A stretch of 64,000 bases of DNA from Lama glama. Taxonomy: Eukaryota. Below, piece after piece: positions 12,753-25,938 of this stretch. Numbering within the stretch: the stretch's first letter is position 1; each line of letters begins with the position of its first letter. The notes below the pieces were generated by a model. That model was not told where the DNA came from. It did not search any database and saw only the letters and a list, made by a program, of their open reading frames with translations. The DNA lies in assembly GCA_028534125.1 (NCBI GenBank), contig CM052817.1, positions 49,044,001-49,108,000 on the forward strand, read 5' to 3'. A program made the translations under genes and the position numbers.

Positions 12753-15701
12753 TACAAATAATTTGGAAGAGGTCTTGATGGTACAACTCAGATTTTGTTT
12801 TTTAATTGTTTACTTCGATTATCAAATACTCTCACCTTCTGTTGCTTCAAGTTCCACACAATCTTCATCTTTTATAGTGACTTTCTGGCCTTTAGTGGTA
12901 TGTGTGGTCCATTTCTAGGTCGACAAATGATTTTCCACTGGCTATTCTGAAGTACAATGATGAATCTCAGTAGAGGGGAAAAGTTTTCATTAACAAGCTG
13001 AAAGTTACCAAGGCAAAGTACTTTCTGGCCACGTTATAATACAAATGTGGTATAAACCACAGAGCAAGAGCTCTTACGATTTGTCAGTCATGATACAGAA
13101 CTTCACCATTCCAGGATCTAGTGTAGACTACAGGCTATCTTATCGCATAGCTGAGAAAATTATAATTCTGATGGTAATAAAAATAAACCAGTAATTGTTC
13201 GATAGATGGCAATTATTATGCAGACTCAACTAATATGTTATTTTCAAATGAATGAAACAAACACATACGAGACCAGTTAAAATACTGAGAGCAAAACCTC
13301 TGAGAATAGAGATCAAAAAAAAATTTATGATAAAATTAATAGCTTACAGAGATTTAATATTCCAGCACTTATATTGGGTCCCTTGAGTTGAATATTCAGA
13401 AGACTATTCTGGCTGTAATGGTATAATAGCTATGGAATTTTGTATAATATTATTACAGTAATAGAATTGTTCATGTAATATAGCAACAAAATCACGTTGC
13501 ATAAGCAAAAGGAGTTGATTAGAGGTTACTAATGCACTTAGCAGAATATTCTTTAACTCTTAAAATAAATCTGGCAAAATCTGGCAAATATTGCAGAGAT
13601 GATTCTAATCCTCTTTACAGAAGTGATATCCATAAACTGACACAATAAAAAGCATTGTACATTGATGATATCTTCCCTAGAAAAAAACTCTGTGACCTAC
13701 CAGAGGCACCTGGGTTGTCAAGACAAATTTAAGAAATTTATATTTTCCACAAGTTGTGAGTTCGTTAATTTAAAAAATGTGGAATTTAGTTAATAATTTT
13801 CCAATGTCTTGAAATTGGGAAATCTTATGAAAACCAAAAGACCAAAAGCATAAGTGTCTAGGTTAACTGGCAAGCCTCTATTACTTCCTTCTTCACATAG
13901 AAAACAAAGAAAATATATATATATATATATATTTATTTATTTATCTATCTCCTCTTTTAGAAATATGTTTTAGCAATACCAGAATAGGTTTTTCTAATCT
14001 AGTCCAGACGTTTTCATCCAGTTGGTAGTTTGTGTGTGTGTGTGTGTTTTTATCAAAGCAGCAATGGCAGAGGCTTCATTAAAGTTTTGGATGGTGAGAC
14101 GCTGAAAACCATGTTGTTGACACATACCCTGGGGAGGGAAAGTAGAAAAGTTAATCCTGATTTTTTTGTATAAACATGTACATTATGCTGAATTAAAATA
14201 AAACAATTCCATCTCCAACTCTTAGTGTCATAAGTAAGTGGTTTGAAAGAACCAGACCACAAGGGGGAGGACTAAAATTCTAAGCAAAATCATAGATTCA
14301 TACCTGTGCCTGATCCCAGATCATTCTATGGTGAAAATAGGTAAAGCAAATGGCTAAGTAATATAATGAATCACGAGGGCACACAGAACCATTCTGAGGA
14401 AAACTAGAAGCCTTGATGAGAAGCCATAACAGAAAAACCAAAGATATTTTCATCTTAGATGTCTTCCTGAAAACCTATGGGAGAAAGGAGAGCATGTGGT
14501 CAGAGACAAAAAAAAAAAAAATTAACATTGAAGTACACTAATTTAATGTAACTTTTTTTTAAAGTTAAGGCAGATTGTTTGGTTTGTTATTCCATTTTCT
14601 ATCCTAGGCAGTTGGGGTAGCTAGTCAATGGCAATGTGGGGAAGCAAAGGTCAGTCTGATCCTCAAGTCTACTAGGACAAAGATAGAACAGGTACTAAAT
14701 CCAAAAAGAGAATGTTGCCTTAGAGTCTAGACAATTTACAGAATATTAAGTTCAAAAGTTGAAACTAAGGCAATGGGATAGGTGGGCAGTTATATGGGAT
14801 GCTGTGGATGGACAAGTTATTGTTCCAGGTTAGTTGTTCAGACACAATTGACACAACTCCATGTTCTACATGGGGCAGTGGAACTTTTGTATCTTGCTTC
14901 TTTTATCTTCCCAAATTTCCACTTGGTTGGTTACATGGTACATGGTGTATTGTGTCCAAACATCTCACTATTACGCATTCACATAAGGAGTGAAACTGAA
15001 ATTATCCTTCCAACCAAGTCTTACAATACTTTCCTTAACATAACCTGTACTTCATTCAACTAGCTGACTGCTTTTTTTCAAACTTACCTTCAGTTTGCTC
15101 ACCTCTCTGCTTTGTGACTCTTTCCCAAATTACAAAATATATTTACCTTTATGTGAAAGAAACATAATGCAAAAAAAAAATGAGATCTGGAATAAAACAG
15201 ACCTCAGTTCAGCATCAAACTCCATATACTGGTATTGCCAGGCAGGACAGAAAAAGTTGTCTTTGATATAAAATAAAATGCAGATGTTTCTTCATTATTT
15301 TGTCATTCCTAAAAATGTGTTTAATTCTGTTCATTTTTTTCAATATCTTAGCAAAATATTGACTGGTAAAGTTTAGATTGAGAGGTGTTGAACAGTTCTA
15401 CAAAATGGTATAAAAGAATGTGAAGGGTGAATAAAATGTTTACCTGCTAGTTGATTTTTGGCTTCCATTGGGCACCTTGAGACAAAAACATGGGGGCCTA
15501 AAAAGTCCTTGACCTTTTTTGGCCAATAAATAAAATCTTGATAGTTAAAAAATATGAAACATGATTACCAAATAGTAATTTAGAGACTCAGATAATATGA
15601 AGGTTACTGTGCATTACACTGATATGCTGTACTTTATGGGTATTCTTATTTTAAGAAGTCAAGTTTATTTTTCTCTTTTTGATTTCTGCTTCCTCCAGTG
15701 G

Positions 15702-15836
15702 TTGAAAGTTAATGTTTGGATGTGAACAAGCTCAGAACATGTCAAGTCCATGGATATTTCTTTATAAAACGATGTGAATATCCATGGAATATCCACTTCT
15801 GAACTTGTTCACATCCAAACACTAACTAACTTTCAA
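15702..15836. repeat. Inverted repeat/hairpin with arms of ~10, 25 and 12 bp
   Basis: 15713-15737 matches the reverse complement of 15797-15821 at 24/25. 15747-15758 vs 15777-15788 is 12/12. ttgaaagtta (15702) pairs with taactttcaa (15827-15836). Confidence 0.95.
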
Positions 15837-16146
15837 GCAAGCCAGAAAGAGAAAGAAAAATACCATATGATATCATTCATATGTGGAATCTAAGAAAAAC
15901 ACACAAATGAACTTATTTACAAAACAGAAACAGACACACAGACATAGAGAACAGACTTATGGTTACCAGGGGAGGGAGGGATAAACTGAGAGTTCAAAAC
16001 TTGCACCTCTTGGGGAGCGAAGGAAACGTTAGGTATCTTGACTGTGGTGGTGGTTTCATAAGTGTGTGTATCTATCAAAATTCATCAAATCGTACATCTG
16101 AAATATGTGGTTTACTGTACATAAATTATATCTCAATAAAGTTGTT
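15776..16146 (+). mobile_element. Composite 5'-truncated L1 insertion
   Basis: L1 3' region from ~15839 (aagccagaaagagaaagaaaaataccatatgatatc...), ending ctcaataaagttgt. Candidate TSD taaaa(c/t)gatgt at 15765-15775 and 16147-16157. Confidence 0.75.
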
Positions 16147-17489
16147 TAAAATGATGTAAGTTTTATTGAAAAAGGCTAAAATAAATAGTAGTGAAAATAT
16201 GCTTTTGGCATAAAATTATGAATTTCAAGTAATTAGAAGGATTAAAATGACACAGTAAGAAAGTAAGATGTCACAGATAAAGTGCTTGGAAAATAAATAC
16301 AATTTACTTCTTAGAAATGTTCTGAACTCATTGTCAATTATTTAAAGGTAGACTTAGAACAAGGAAATTCTTTGCTAGGCATATTTTAGTGACACACTTT
16401 CTCCACTGTCAGTATCTTTCTCCAGCCAAAATTAGATGGATAAATGTGAAAAAGAACAAACTATTCTTTGAATCTATATCACCTATAACATAGATTAACC
16501 ATATTTCAATCTAAAGGAAGACTGTAATTACTTCACACTTGCCCTTTAAGCTTGGAATTTCATAATACTGAAGAAAAAAAGACTAGAAAAAGACCTAATC
16601 AAATTACGTAGCCTAAAAAATTTTACACAACCTAATAGAATTAAAAGTTCTATTGCTGATCTGCTAATATCGACATAGCAGTTCTCACAGTTAAAAATAT
16701 AACTTGACAAACTTGGTTAATACTTATCCTTCTCAGAATCTAAGGCCAAGCTAGGCTCAGGAAAAAACAAACATTTAATTCTTTAGTATTTGGAAAAGAA
16801 GTAGAGACACAAAAAATTATTATTATAACAGATAATGATAATTATGATAATTATGACCCATTACATGAATATGAGCATGGATCAGCTGTTGCAGATGAGA
16901 TAAAAAGAGACCTCCATTTCAAAAAATTAATTCTAAAAGTGGTAGTTACATTTATATAATAAGACAAATATAGTTAACTATGGTTGAAATGTCTAATTAG
17001 CAACCCCAGATCACACCTCACCAGTAAATGGCTGACAAGGGACCAAAGCCACTGTTGAGGACCCTAGGAATCTCAATTTGAAATCAGTTTCACCAAGCTT
17101 TTGCTTTTTAGCTTAGTTTTTCCATCGTATAATGTATTTTTGTCCTGATCTTATCATGTGGCCCATGGGGTTCAAATTTATTCTTTCCCTTTGCTGTTCA
17201 GATAACAATTGAACTGTGCCTTGGCCCCCCGAATACAAATGATGATCCAAAACCTTCCTTGACCCCTTGAGCTTTCATCCTCAAATTCCCCTCCTGCAAC
17301 TACCTGTTTGCAGATCAGATATTTGGTTTGGTGTGTAGCTAAATGGTGATGGCATTCCTGAATAAGCTTTCCTCTGCCTTTGAGCCAGAACCCAAAACTA
17401 TGGGAGACGGGAGTAGAAGGAGAGGAAATTCAATATGTGAGAGGGCGTGGGAGTTTAGAAGGAAAGAGTGTCAAGAGTAGGAGTCATAG

Positions 17490-17715
17490 TTCAAAATTTG
17501 TAGATACTGACAGGCATATGCAGAATAGATAAACAAGATTGTATTGTATAGCACAGGGAAATAGATACAAGGTCTTGTCGTAGCTCACAGCCAAAAAAAA
17601 AAATGTGACAATGAATATATGTAAGTTCATGTATAACTGAAAATTTGTGCTCTACATTGAAATTTGACACAACATTGTAAAATGACTATAACTCAATAAA
17701 AAATGTTAAAAAAAA
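17490..17715 (+). mobile_element. Young L1 3'-end insertion with TSD
   Basis: 14-bp direct repeat agtaggagtcatag at 17476-17489 and 17716-17729. L1 tail ...gactataactcaataaaaaatgttaaaaaa. Confidence 0.9.
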
Positions 17716-19134
17716 AGTAGGAGTCATAGGGAAGAAGGAGAAGGAGGGAGATAGGGATGATGGGAAGATAAACGTAGCATCTGGCTTACTCGGCACACGT
17801 TACAATATCTGAGATGACCAACTGATGTCACAAAGGCTGAATACTTTATTTGGTCTGAAACATTTAAAGAATTTATTTATAATTTGGTAATTCTAGCTTC
17901 TCTTGATTAATCAGATAACTTGATAGCACTGGGCTGTGTTCCCATAGGCAAGGGTTGAGTTATGAATACCTGCTTTATATAGTATGGACTTTCATTTAAC
18001 ACGCTTACCACCAAACCCTTTTAATTTACATCTGAACTGATCCATTCATTTCTTTTGCTATTAACTGCATGACTTCATAGGAATTTGTGTCTGGACAAAA
18101 TCCATTTGCTGAAGTGCCATTTGTCCATTTATTCAACAATACTGGTGAATAATCTACTGTGTGCAAAATAGTATACTAGCTGATACAGATTATGCAAAGA
18201 TACTTTACAACGTGCTCCTTGGCTTTAGGGAGACTAGAGTGTAGAAAGGGAGATAAATGAGCACAGTACCAGCTGTAATAAAAGCAGAAAACGATAGGCA
18301 TTCCAAGACATGTTATCATTCTATAGAATAGAGAGAATATAATTCCAGTTACGATATCAAGGAAATATTGATGGACAGGGTAGAGTCAGAACAAGAACCT
18401 GGTTGACAGTTTGATGGGCATGTAGATATGTATTTATGGAATTATGTTCAGGAGGTGAATTTTATTATCTCTAATTAAAACTGTCAATATTAGGCATTAG
18501 GTTCAAATTATCTAGATTTACATATATATGTATATATTTGTATATATATATGTGTATATATGCATGTGTGTGTCATATTTATGACATATTTGTATGAGCT
18601 ATAGAGACATAGAGATTATATTGATATTAATCACTTGTCCTTGTACATAAATTCCATCAAAATTTTTATTAGGAAAATGTTCAAGATTTTTAATAATTAC
18701 ATTGTACCATCTTCCATGCACCTAAAAAAATAGCATTAGACTTTTTAAATTTTAATAATAGTTAATGTTTATTGAATGATTATAAAGTTTTAAGAACTTC
18801 ACATAAATTATGCCTTTTAATCTTTACAAACACCCTATGAAATTATATCTCATTTACACATATGGATTCTGAGTTTAAGAGCAGTTAAACAGTTTGCCTG
18901 TGGTAAGATGATAAGTGACAGAGCCAGGATCTGAACCCAGACAGGCAGCCTCAGAGCTGACACTACACTGATATACAATAATTATATTTGCAATGCAATT
19001 TATTTTATCGATGGGAAAAAGGAAACATTCAAGCACAGGATCATCACAACTTGACTAGTCAAAGACACACATACTTTTCTCATCTGATTTCTTGAGTATT
19101 CTTCCTAGAAATGAGTAACACTCCTGGCTCCCAT

Positions 19135-19137
<3 letters not shown>

Positions 19138-19166
<29 letters not shown>
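19138..19166. repeat. (CA)n microsatellite
   Basis: About 14 CA units. Confidence 0.95.
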
Positions 19167-19169
<3 letters not shown>

Positions 19170-19949
19170 CCCTGCTGAATTCTCTGCTGACTGTGCTGAA
19201 AAAACATAATAGAGTTTGAAATGTTCTGGGATTTATCCTGTCAAACGTTCAATTATTTACTTGAAAGAAGAGGAATTACATCTTAATACAACATAATGAC
19301 GTGGTAATTGAATGGGAATTTAAGAAGGAAAATTATCAATGAAAGCAAAACTGTAACCTTTATAATATTATTCTTAACAATGAACGTCACCAGTAACCAA
19401 GGGTCTAAGCCAAAGTGTCATCTTTGATTTGTCACTTTTCAGTAACCTCTACAATCAATTACATACAAGTTCCACCAAATCTACCCTTTTAGTCTCTCAC
19501 AAGTCAACCTCCTCCCTCCTCCTTCCTATGTAATCTTCACACCATCTCCATCCTTCTCCATTTGCTGGAACAACCTGATTGGACTTGACTTTTCCACACT
19601 GCATCTTCAGAGATATTGCTAATCTTATATATGAAAATGTTGCTCCCCTGGCTAAAACTTTAAACTTTCCATAACCTCTACGTCTAGTTAAGTGCCTCTC
19701 CTCTGTATTCTAAGCCCCTACTTCCTACCTTATCACAATACTTAGCTCACCATATTGGTCATTTACTTATTTTTTCCAGGAATGTAAGTTCCTGAAAGGG
19801 AGGAAGTGTGCATTGCTTAACATAATTAGTGGCAAATAATTACTGACTGAATACATGAATGAGAGATACAAATTAAAGAATATAACATCTAAATATCACT
19901 TCAAATGCTTTAAAAGAGATAAGAAAATACGTATACTTTGACCCTAGAT

Positions 19950-20206
19950 CAATTTGCCCCTGGGAAACACAAGTTTGTTTTCTATAGCTGTGATTCTGTT
20001 TCTTTTTTGTAAATAAGTCCATTTGTTTCTCTCTCTCTCTCTTTTAGATTTTACATATAAGTGATATCATATGATATTTGCCTTTCTCTCTCTGGCTCAC
20101 TGCACTTAGTATGACAATCTTCAGTTCCATCCATGTTGCTGCAAATGGCATTATTTCTTTTTTTTTAGGCTGAGTAGGATTTCACTGTATATGTACCACA
20201 TCTTCC
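19950..20206 (-). mobile_element. L1 3' fragment, antisense
   Basis: ttttagattttacatataagtgatatcatatgatatttg...ccatccatgttgctgcaaatggcattatttc. Confidence 0.85.
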
Positions 20207-21149
20207 TAGCATCATAAACTTAATCACTGAGGGCTCTGACCTCTTTCTCAAAATCCTCTTCTCGCTTCCAAGTTCTATCAAGAGATAGTTCAGCGTTTTT
20301 ACATGACTCATCCAAAATCCTAGGCATTCATTTTCTATGGTGGTCCTATTGGCATTATGAAAGCACTTTTAACTTAATTTAATTTAATTTTACTTGAGTT
20401 TGTTTCATTTATTTCAGGATACTGGGGATTCTTGACTTGCCCCTAAATACAAGTAGTAACCCCTCCCCATTCTTGTAAATAATCAAAACAAGTTCTACAT
20501 GTTACTTCCTGCTCCTCAAATGGGGAGAGTTAAGAGCTTCACCCAATCTAGTCAAGAGCCACTACTTCAATCCGCCCACCTCCTTGTTCCCATTTCAGCT
20601 TCACTTCTACAGCCTATCTGTAAGGTTTACCTCAGTGTTGATTAATTACCTAGAATTCCTTCATTTCTAAAAAGCTAAATTTGAATATATTCAGTTTTTG
20701 TCTCAGTATCCTAAGCTTCTATTAGCTATCTTATTTGGCTATTTCTACAACTATAGTTGTACTTTAAGGGACATCTGCTTCAAAAACACCAATATTTTTC
20801 CTTATTTCTATTAACTTCTTTCCAAATGACTTAGAATCCATGGTCTATTCAGCCATTCTATTGCCAACATTTTGAACTTCCTAGCTCCACTATCCTTTCA
20901 AGCCAAATTGTAAATATCCCAGTTCTCAATCTGCACTGTCCTAAAGAAGCCCTTAGTCACATGTGGTTATTTAAAAATTAAATTTTAAGTAAGTAAAATG
21001 AAGTGCTATTAAAAATGTAGTTCCTCTGTTGCTCTAGCCACATTTTTTTTTCTAAAGACACCTGTGTCGTATGACCCACACAGGCTTGTCTCTTAAGCTT
21101 CGTATCCATCTATGAAATGTACACTCTACTTCTCTGCCTACACTGACTC

Positions 21150-22900
21150 ATTCAAGAAGTAAGAATTATGCGTGTTCACCATTTGCCAACCACAGACTAG
21201 GTTCTGGAAACCCAAAGATGAATTAAAATCAGACCTAGTTTTGTCTTCACGAAACCTGAAGCTTGGTGAATCAGGAGACACTAGCGTAATTGCGCACACA
21301 TATGCAAAAGTGTAACTTTGACAAATACAACAATGGAGAGGCACGCAGTGTGTGGGGGCCTGTGAAGGAGGTGTTTGATCTAGATAGGTCAGTAAAAGCT
21401 GTTTGCCCAAGAGCTGGTTTGGAAAGCCATAGTCAATGGAATGAGAAAGGGTTGAAATGGGTATTGAAGAAAATTTCTGGTGAAAAACAGAATGAGATAT
21501 TCAGAGCCTTTCAAAAGAGGATCAAGATGCAATTGCAGGACAAAAGGACCCAGTGTTTGTTGGAGTGGAGGAGAATGAATGAGAGGATGGGCAGGGGAAA
21601 GGTGATACGTGATACTGGAAAGGTAGGAGCCAGGTCATTTAGGAATTTGTAGGCCAATTAAGGATTTGGTCTTAATTCTGAGAACAGCAGGAAACTATTG
21701 AAAGGTTTTAAGTAGTAGGAATATAGTGGGAGGTGACAAGATCAGATTTATGTACTAAAAAGCTCATGCTAGCTTCAGAGTGCAGAGCAGATTGCTGTAG
21801 GGAAGAGAGAAAGAGGGGAGACCAGCTCAGAGCCTCTGAGGTCATACAAATAAGAGATGATTGTGTTTAAATAAGAGGGTTGGTGGCGATGAAAAAAACT
21901 GGACAGATTAAGAGACTTTAGAAAGGAATTTATGTATTGAGCTTTGTGATAATTTGGATATGGAGGGTAAAGGAAATAACACATGTGTGAATGTTAGTGC
22001 CTTTCACTGAGATGAAGAACTCTAAGGAGAAAGTCAGGCATCTCAGCTGCAGTACATCTAAAAGGAACACGTTACCTTCTGCCCGAGCCTAGCTCTTGTC
22101 TCCCTAGATCATTCCTTTGATGACTTAGTCCAGCTACCTGCATACCATCCTCAACTGCTCTATGTCTTTCCCCAGCAGCCAGTGTAGCATTAAATGTTTT
22201 TCAGTCCACTCACCAAATGTCCCATTTCTAGGTAAGCCACCATCAGCTTACTGGAACAGTCTAGCCACTTCACCCCCTCACTGTCTCTGATGCTGTTCCT
22301 ATCCAACCTGTGCTTCACACTTCAGTCCAAGCTATCTCTCCAAAAATTCAATGCTAATCTTAATATCTGTCTTATTGAAACCCTTTCTTCCATTGGCTTC
22401 TCATTGCTTATATGATCATAGTCAGTAACCTAAACTCACCTCGAAATCCCTGCAAGATATGAGCATTGCTGACTCCTTTGGCCTCACCTCTCGCCACCTC
22501 CCTCCCCATCCTTTGCTCAAGGATGAAGCCCCAACAGACTTTGCTTGGCTTCAAGAATGTGTGAGGCTCTTATTCTTCCACTCCTCTGCATGTGATTCCC
22601 TTCACCTGGAATGTTCTCATTTCGTACTGCTCCACTCCACTCTTCCCTTCCTGGGCTACCCCTGCTTCAGCACGTCTTCTCCACTGTTTGTTAGGTGATC
22701 CTGCTCTGAGGACTTCTGGACGGTGTTTAATTTTCATGTGATCTGCCTTGCATTTTCTCAGCACCGTATTTTAGTTGCCTATTTATATTCTTGTCTTCCC
22801 TCTTGACTATGAATTCATTGAGGGCAAGGATAGACACTGTTGTGTAATCAGCAACTTGCAGTACTGGCAATAAGCTTGGCCATAAATTGATCGTTTTTAA
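21150..22900. mobile_element. L2 LINE fragments in both orientations
   Basis: Purine-rich L2-like sequence at 21150-22020 (gaaaggttttaag...gacaagatcagattta), then pyrimidine-rich L2-like sequence at 22030-22900 (ttcacctggaatgttct...gagggcaaggat). Confidence 0.65.
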
Positions 22901-23353
22901 TTGATTTGAAATTGAATTAGTTATTCATCCCTAACCCCAGAGCCTTGACATAAACACAAAGGAACTAACAAGGACATACAAGTAGATAACAAATTTATTT
23001 GTGCATTTTGATGTCAAGTACCTAATGGTTTTAAATGTCTAGGACCTGATCCACTGATGATAGAAATGTCTAGACAAATGAAGTTAGTTATGCTATTTTT
23101 CAACAAAGATAAAATAATTTATATGATAAAGTCATGTATTAATTGTGGAATTTATAACTAATGTATTTTGCTGTAATCTTTAAATGATCAACAGGTTCTC
23201 TTTCAAGAAATTTTTAAAAAATGTATTTGACATTACTTCAATCCAGATACAGAGTCCTAACCTGCCTAACTAAAGAAAGATAACTTATTGAAGGATCTAT
23301 TTAGTTTTTCTCTTTTATTTTGCAGCGTCATCTGAGCATATTATGTAGCTCTT

Positions 23354-23372
23354 TGATGCCACCTAGTGATCA
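23354..23372 (-). promoter_or_regulatory. Candidate CTCF binding site
   Basis: tgatgccacctagtgatca resembles the CTCF core in the GCGCC(A/C)CCTAGTGG orientation. It lies in non-repetitive sequence. Confidence 0.5.
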
Positions 23373-23481
23373 AAGGTGACAGTTTTTCCTGAAAAGAAAG
23401 GGATTGAAATTAAAATGGATCTATTGTCTCTTCTCAAACCTAAGGGGTAGAGAGGGAATTAAGTCTCCCCTGGTTGTTCAT

Positions 23482-23570
23482 GGGAGAGAGAGAGAGAGAG
23501 AGAAGAAGAAGAAGAAGGAAGAGAGGGAGAAGGGGAGAAGTCAGAGGGGGAGTAGGGGAAAGGAGGCTAG
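23482..23570. repeat. (GA)n/(GAA)n polypurine tract
   Basis: gggagagagagagagagagagaagaagaagaagaaggaagagaggg... Confidence 0.9.
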
Positions 23571-24439
23571 GTGGTACTTTGTAATTGTCCCTAGTCCATT
23601 CATTAGCATCCCTTTGCTACGACGAATCTTCCCCAGACACAAAATTCAAATATTTTCATTTGGAATGGTCAGGAAATACCTAACCTAGAAAGCAAAACTT
23701 TGAATTTCCTTAAAATTTGAAATACGTCTCACAAAGGTGTTTGGAGTTAAAATAAATCTTGAAGTCTAGTTTTCCTTTTAGCTTTCAAAGTTTCTTGTCT
23801 GCTCCTTCCTTTAAAAATCCTTAGGTTTTACCTCCTCCTACTGGAACTGAAGAGAATATCACTTTTAACACCATCAGGAACTAAAAACATGAACAAATAG
23901 TCTTTCTTTGAATATTTAATACACCTGTCCTCTAAAACCATTGAACCTGGTATTTGTTTTCTATCAAGTCATAAATTCCCTATTAAATTTTTAAAGTCTA
24001 TAGTATTATTTAATGCTTATTAAATTATTTAATTTCTTAATGTGGTAGCATTCAAAAATCATTAAATAAATGTAATCAAAACAATGATGTTGATCTCTTT
24101 ATAGTTATTATTGATTAAATCATATTTTGTCAAGACTATTTCCATTTTATCCATTTTTAAAATTTTTTGGCAAAAAAGATGTCTCATCACTTGAATCACT
24201 TGTTCTAATTTCCCATATTGTATGTATGTTTGATATTTTTATCTTAGTTTATCTCACTTGGGTTTTCTCAACTTTAATCTTTATTTCAAAGAAAAAACTT
24301 GTATGACTGCTTTCCTTTTCTGAGAATTCTTTCATTTTCTACTTTTTTTGTAATATTGAGCTCTGTATAATTTGAGTTTATTCTGATATATTATTCTTTT
24401 TTCTAACTGTTAAGTTGAATTAACATCCCTGTATTTATT

Positions 24440-24915
24440 TTAGCAGTGTTTTAATTTTAGAATAGTTTTATATTTACAGAAAAATTGTAAAGTTAGTTGC
24501 GTTTCCATATATCTCACACTCAATTTTCTCTATTACATCTTACATTATGATAGTGCATTTGTTACAATGAATTAATTAGTGTTGATATATTAATATTAAC
24601 TAAAGTCCATACTTGATTCAGCTATCCTTAGTTCTTGCTTAATGTCCTTTTTTTGTTCCAAGATTCTCTGTAAGATACCATGAGAACATTCAGTTCTTAT
24701 GTCTCCCAGGCTCCTCTTGGCTGTGACAGTTTTTCTTTTTTCATGACCTTCCTTAATTATTATTTTGAAAAATAACTGTCCGGTATTTTGTAGAATGTTC
24801 CTCAGTTGGGATTTGCCCGATGTTTGTCTCATCATTAGACTGGAGTCATGGATTTTGGGGAGGAAGACCGCAGAGGCAGAGTGTCATTTCCGTTTCAGCA
24901 TATCCAATTGTGTGT
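24440..24915 (-). mobile_element. Old L1M (MB/MC-type) 3' fragment
   Basis: ttttagaatagttttatatttacagaaaaattg...ggtattttgtagaatgttcctcagttgggatttg. Confidence 0.75.
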
Positions 24916-25747
24916 ATCCCTGCTGACGTTAAATGTATTAAAAACGATGTGTGCTTTGGTTCTCATGCCCTCCTGAGTTTCTGATTCAGTATGACTAGGG
25001 TGGACTAGCAACTTTCCAGGTGATGCTGATGCTGCTGGTCTGGGGACCACACTCTAAGAACCACCACTGCAAAGGAAGAGAATAGGAGTGGTGGGTAGTG
25101 ACTGGCCCATGAAGGATGGTGACTTTTACTTTTTATCCAGTGTATCTCAACAAGCCTGACTTAAACAAACAAACAAGAGAGAATTTTAACACATTATTTA
25201 GAAAAGAATTAGCATGGATTTTGGGACAATCATTCTGGCTCTCATCTCCTAGGTGAAGGATGTTGGCTGCATTCCCTATCACCTTTGTGCTCCTGTTTCT
25301 TTATATGCAAAATGTAAATGATAATTTTGCTGACTTCATCATTTTCTGAGGATTACCATTGTACTTGGCACATAGTAACAGTCAATTTAGGTTAGATATT
25401 AATGTAATACAGTGGTACACTTTTATAAAAAGGAAAAAATTAGTTTTGGGAATTTCCTAGTAAACCCCCCAAACAGAATAAATTTGATTCCTTTTTTTCA
25501 AGGTCAACCAGGGTTAGTGAAATGACAGATCAGAGTATTAACAATGGCTCTATTGTTAATAGAATGAGATGTGAAAAAATGTAAATAAGATTCTATTTAT
25601 AGCTAAGTTGTGTTTATGGAATTGAATATGCCTGAAATTGCAAACGGTTTTACTTAAACCTGTTCTTTACTGAGCAATATAATGTTTATACATGATGTAA
25701 ACATTCACAAATAACTTCAACTGTGACATTGCCGGAAAATATATCCT

Positions 25748-25836
25748 CTTTTTTTTCAGTGGAGGGACTGGGGATTGAACCCAGGATATCGTGCACACTG
25801 AGCATGTGCTCTACCACTGAGCTCTACCCTCCCCCC
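25748..25836 (-). mobile_element. tRNA-derived SINE (camelid Vic-1-like), short form
   Basis: ctggggattgaacccagg...ctctaccactgagctctaccct is the reverse complement of tRNA B and A boxes, preceded by a poly-T tail. Confidence 0.85.
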
Positions 25837-25938
25837 TGAAAACTGTATTCTGATCATGCCTCAAATGGATGGATATTATGGCCCAATTATTTCTTTTCCT
25901 TAAGTTATCAGCTAATATGATCTTTGGAATGAGTTAGA

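Noticed and set aside
1..15000. Search for CSN1S1 exons or proximal promoter on the minus strand
   Set aside because: No signal-peptide exon (MKLLILTCLVAVALA-like) or casein TATA region was recognised. The casein gene is inferred only by synteny, outside the window.
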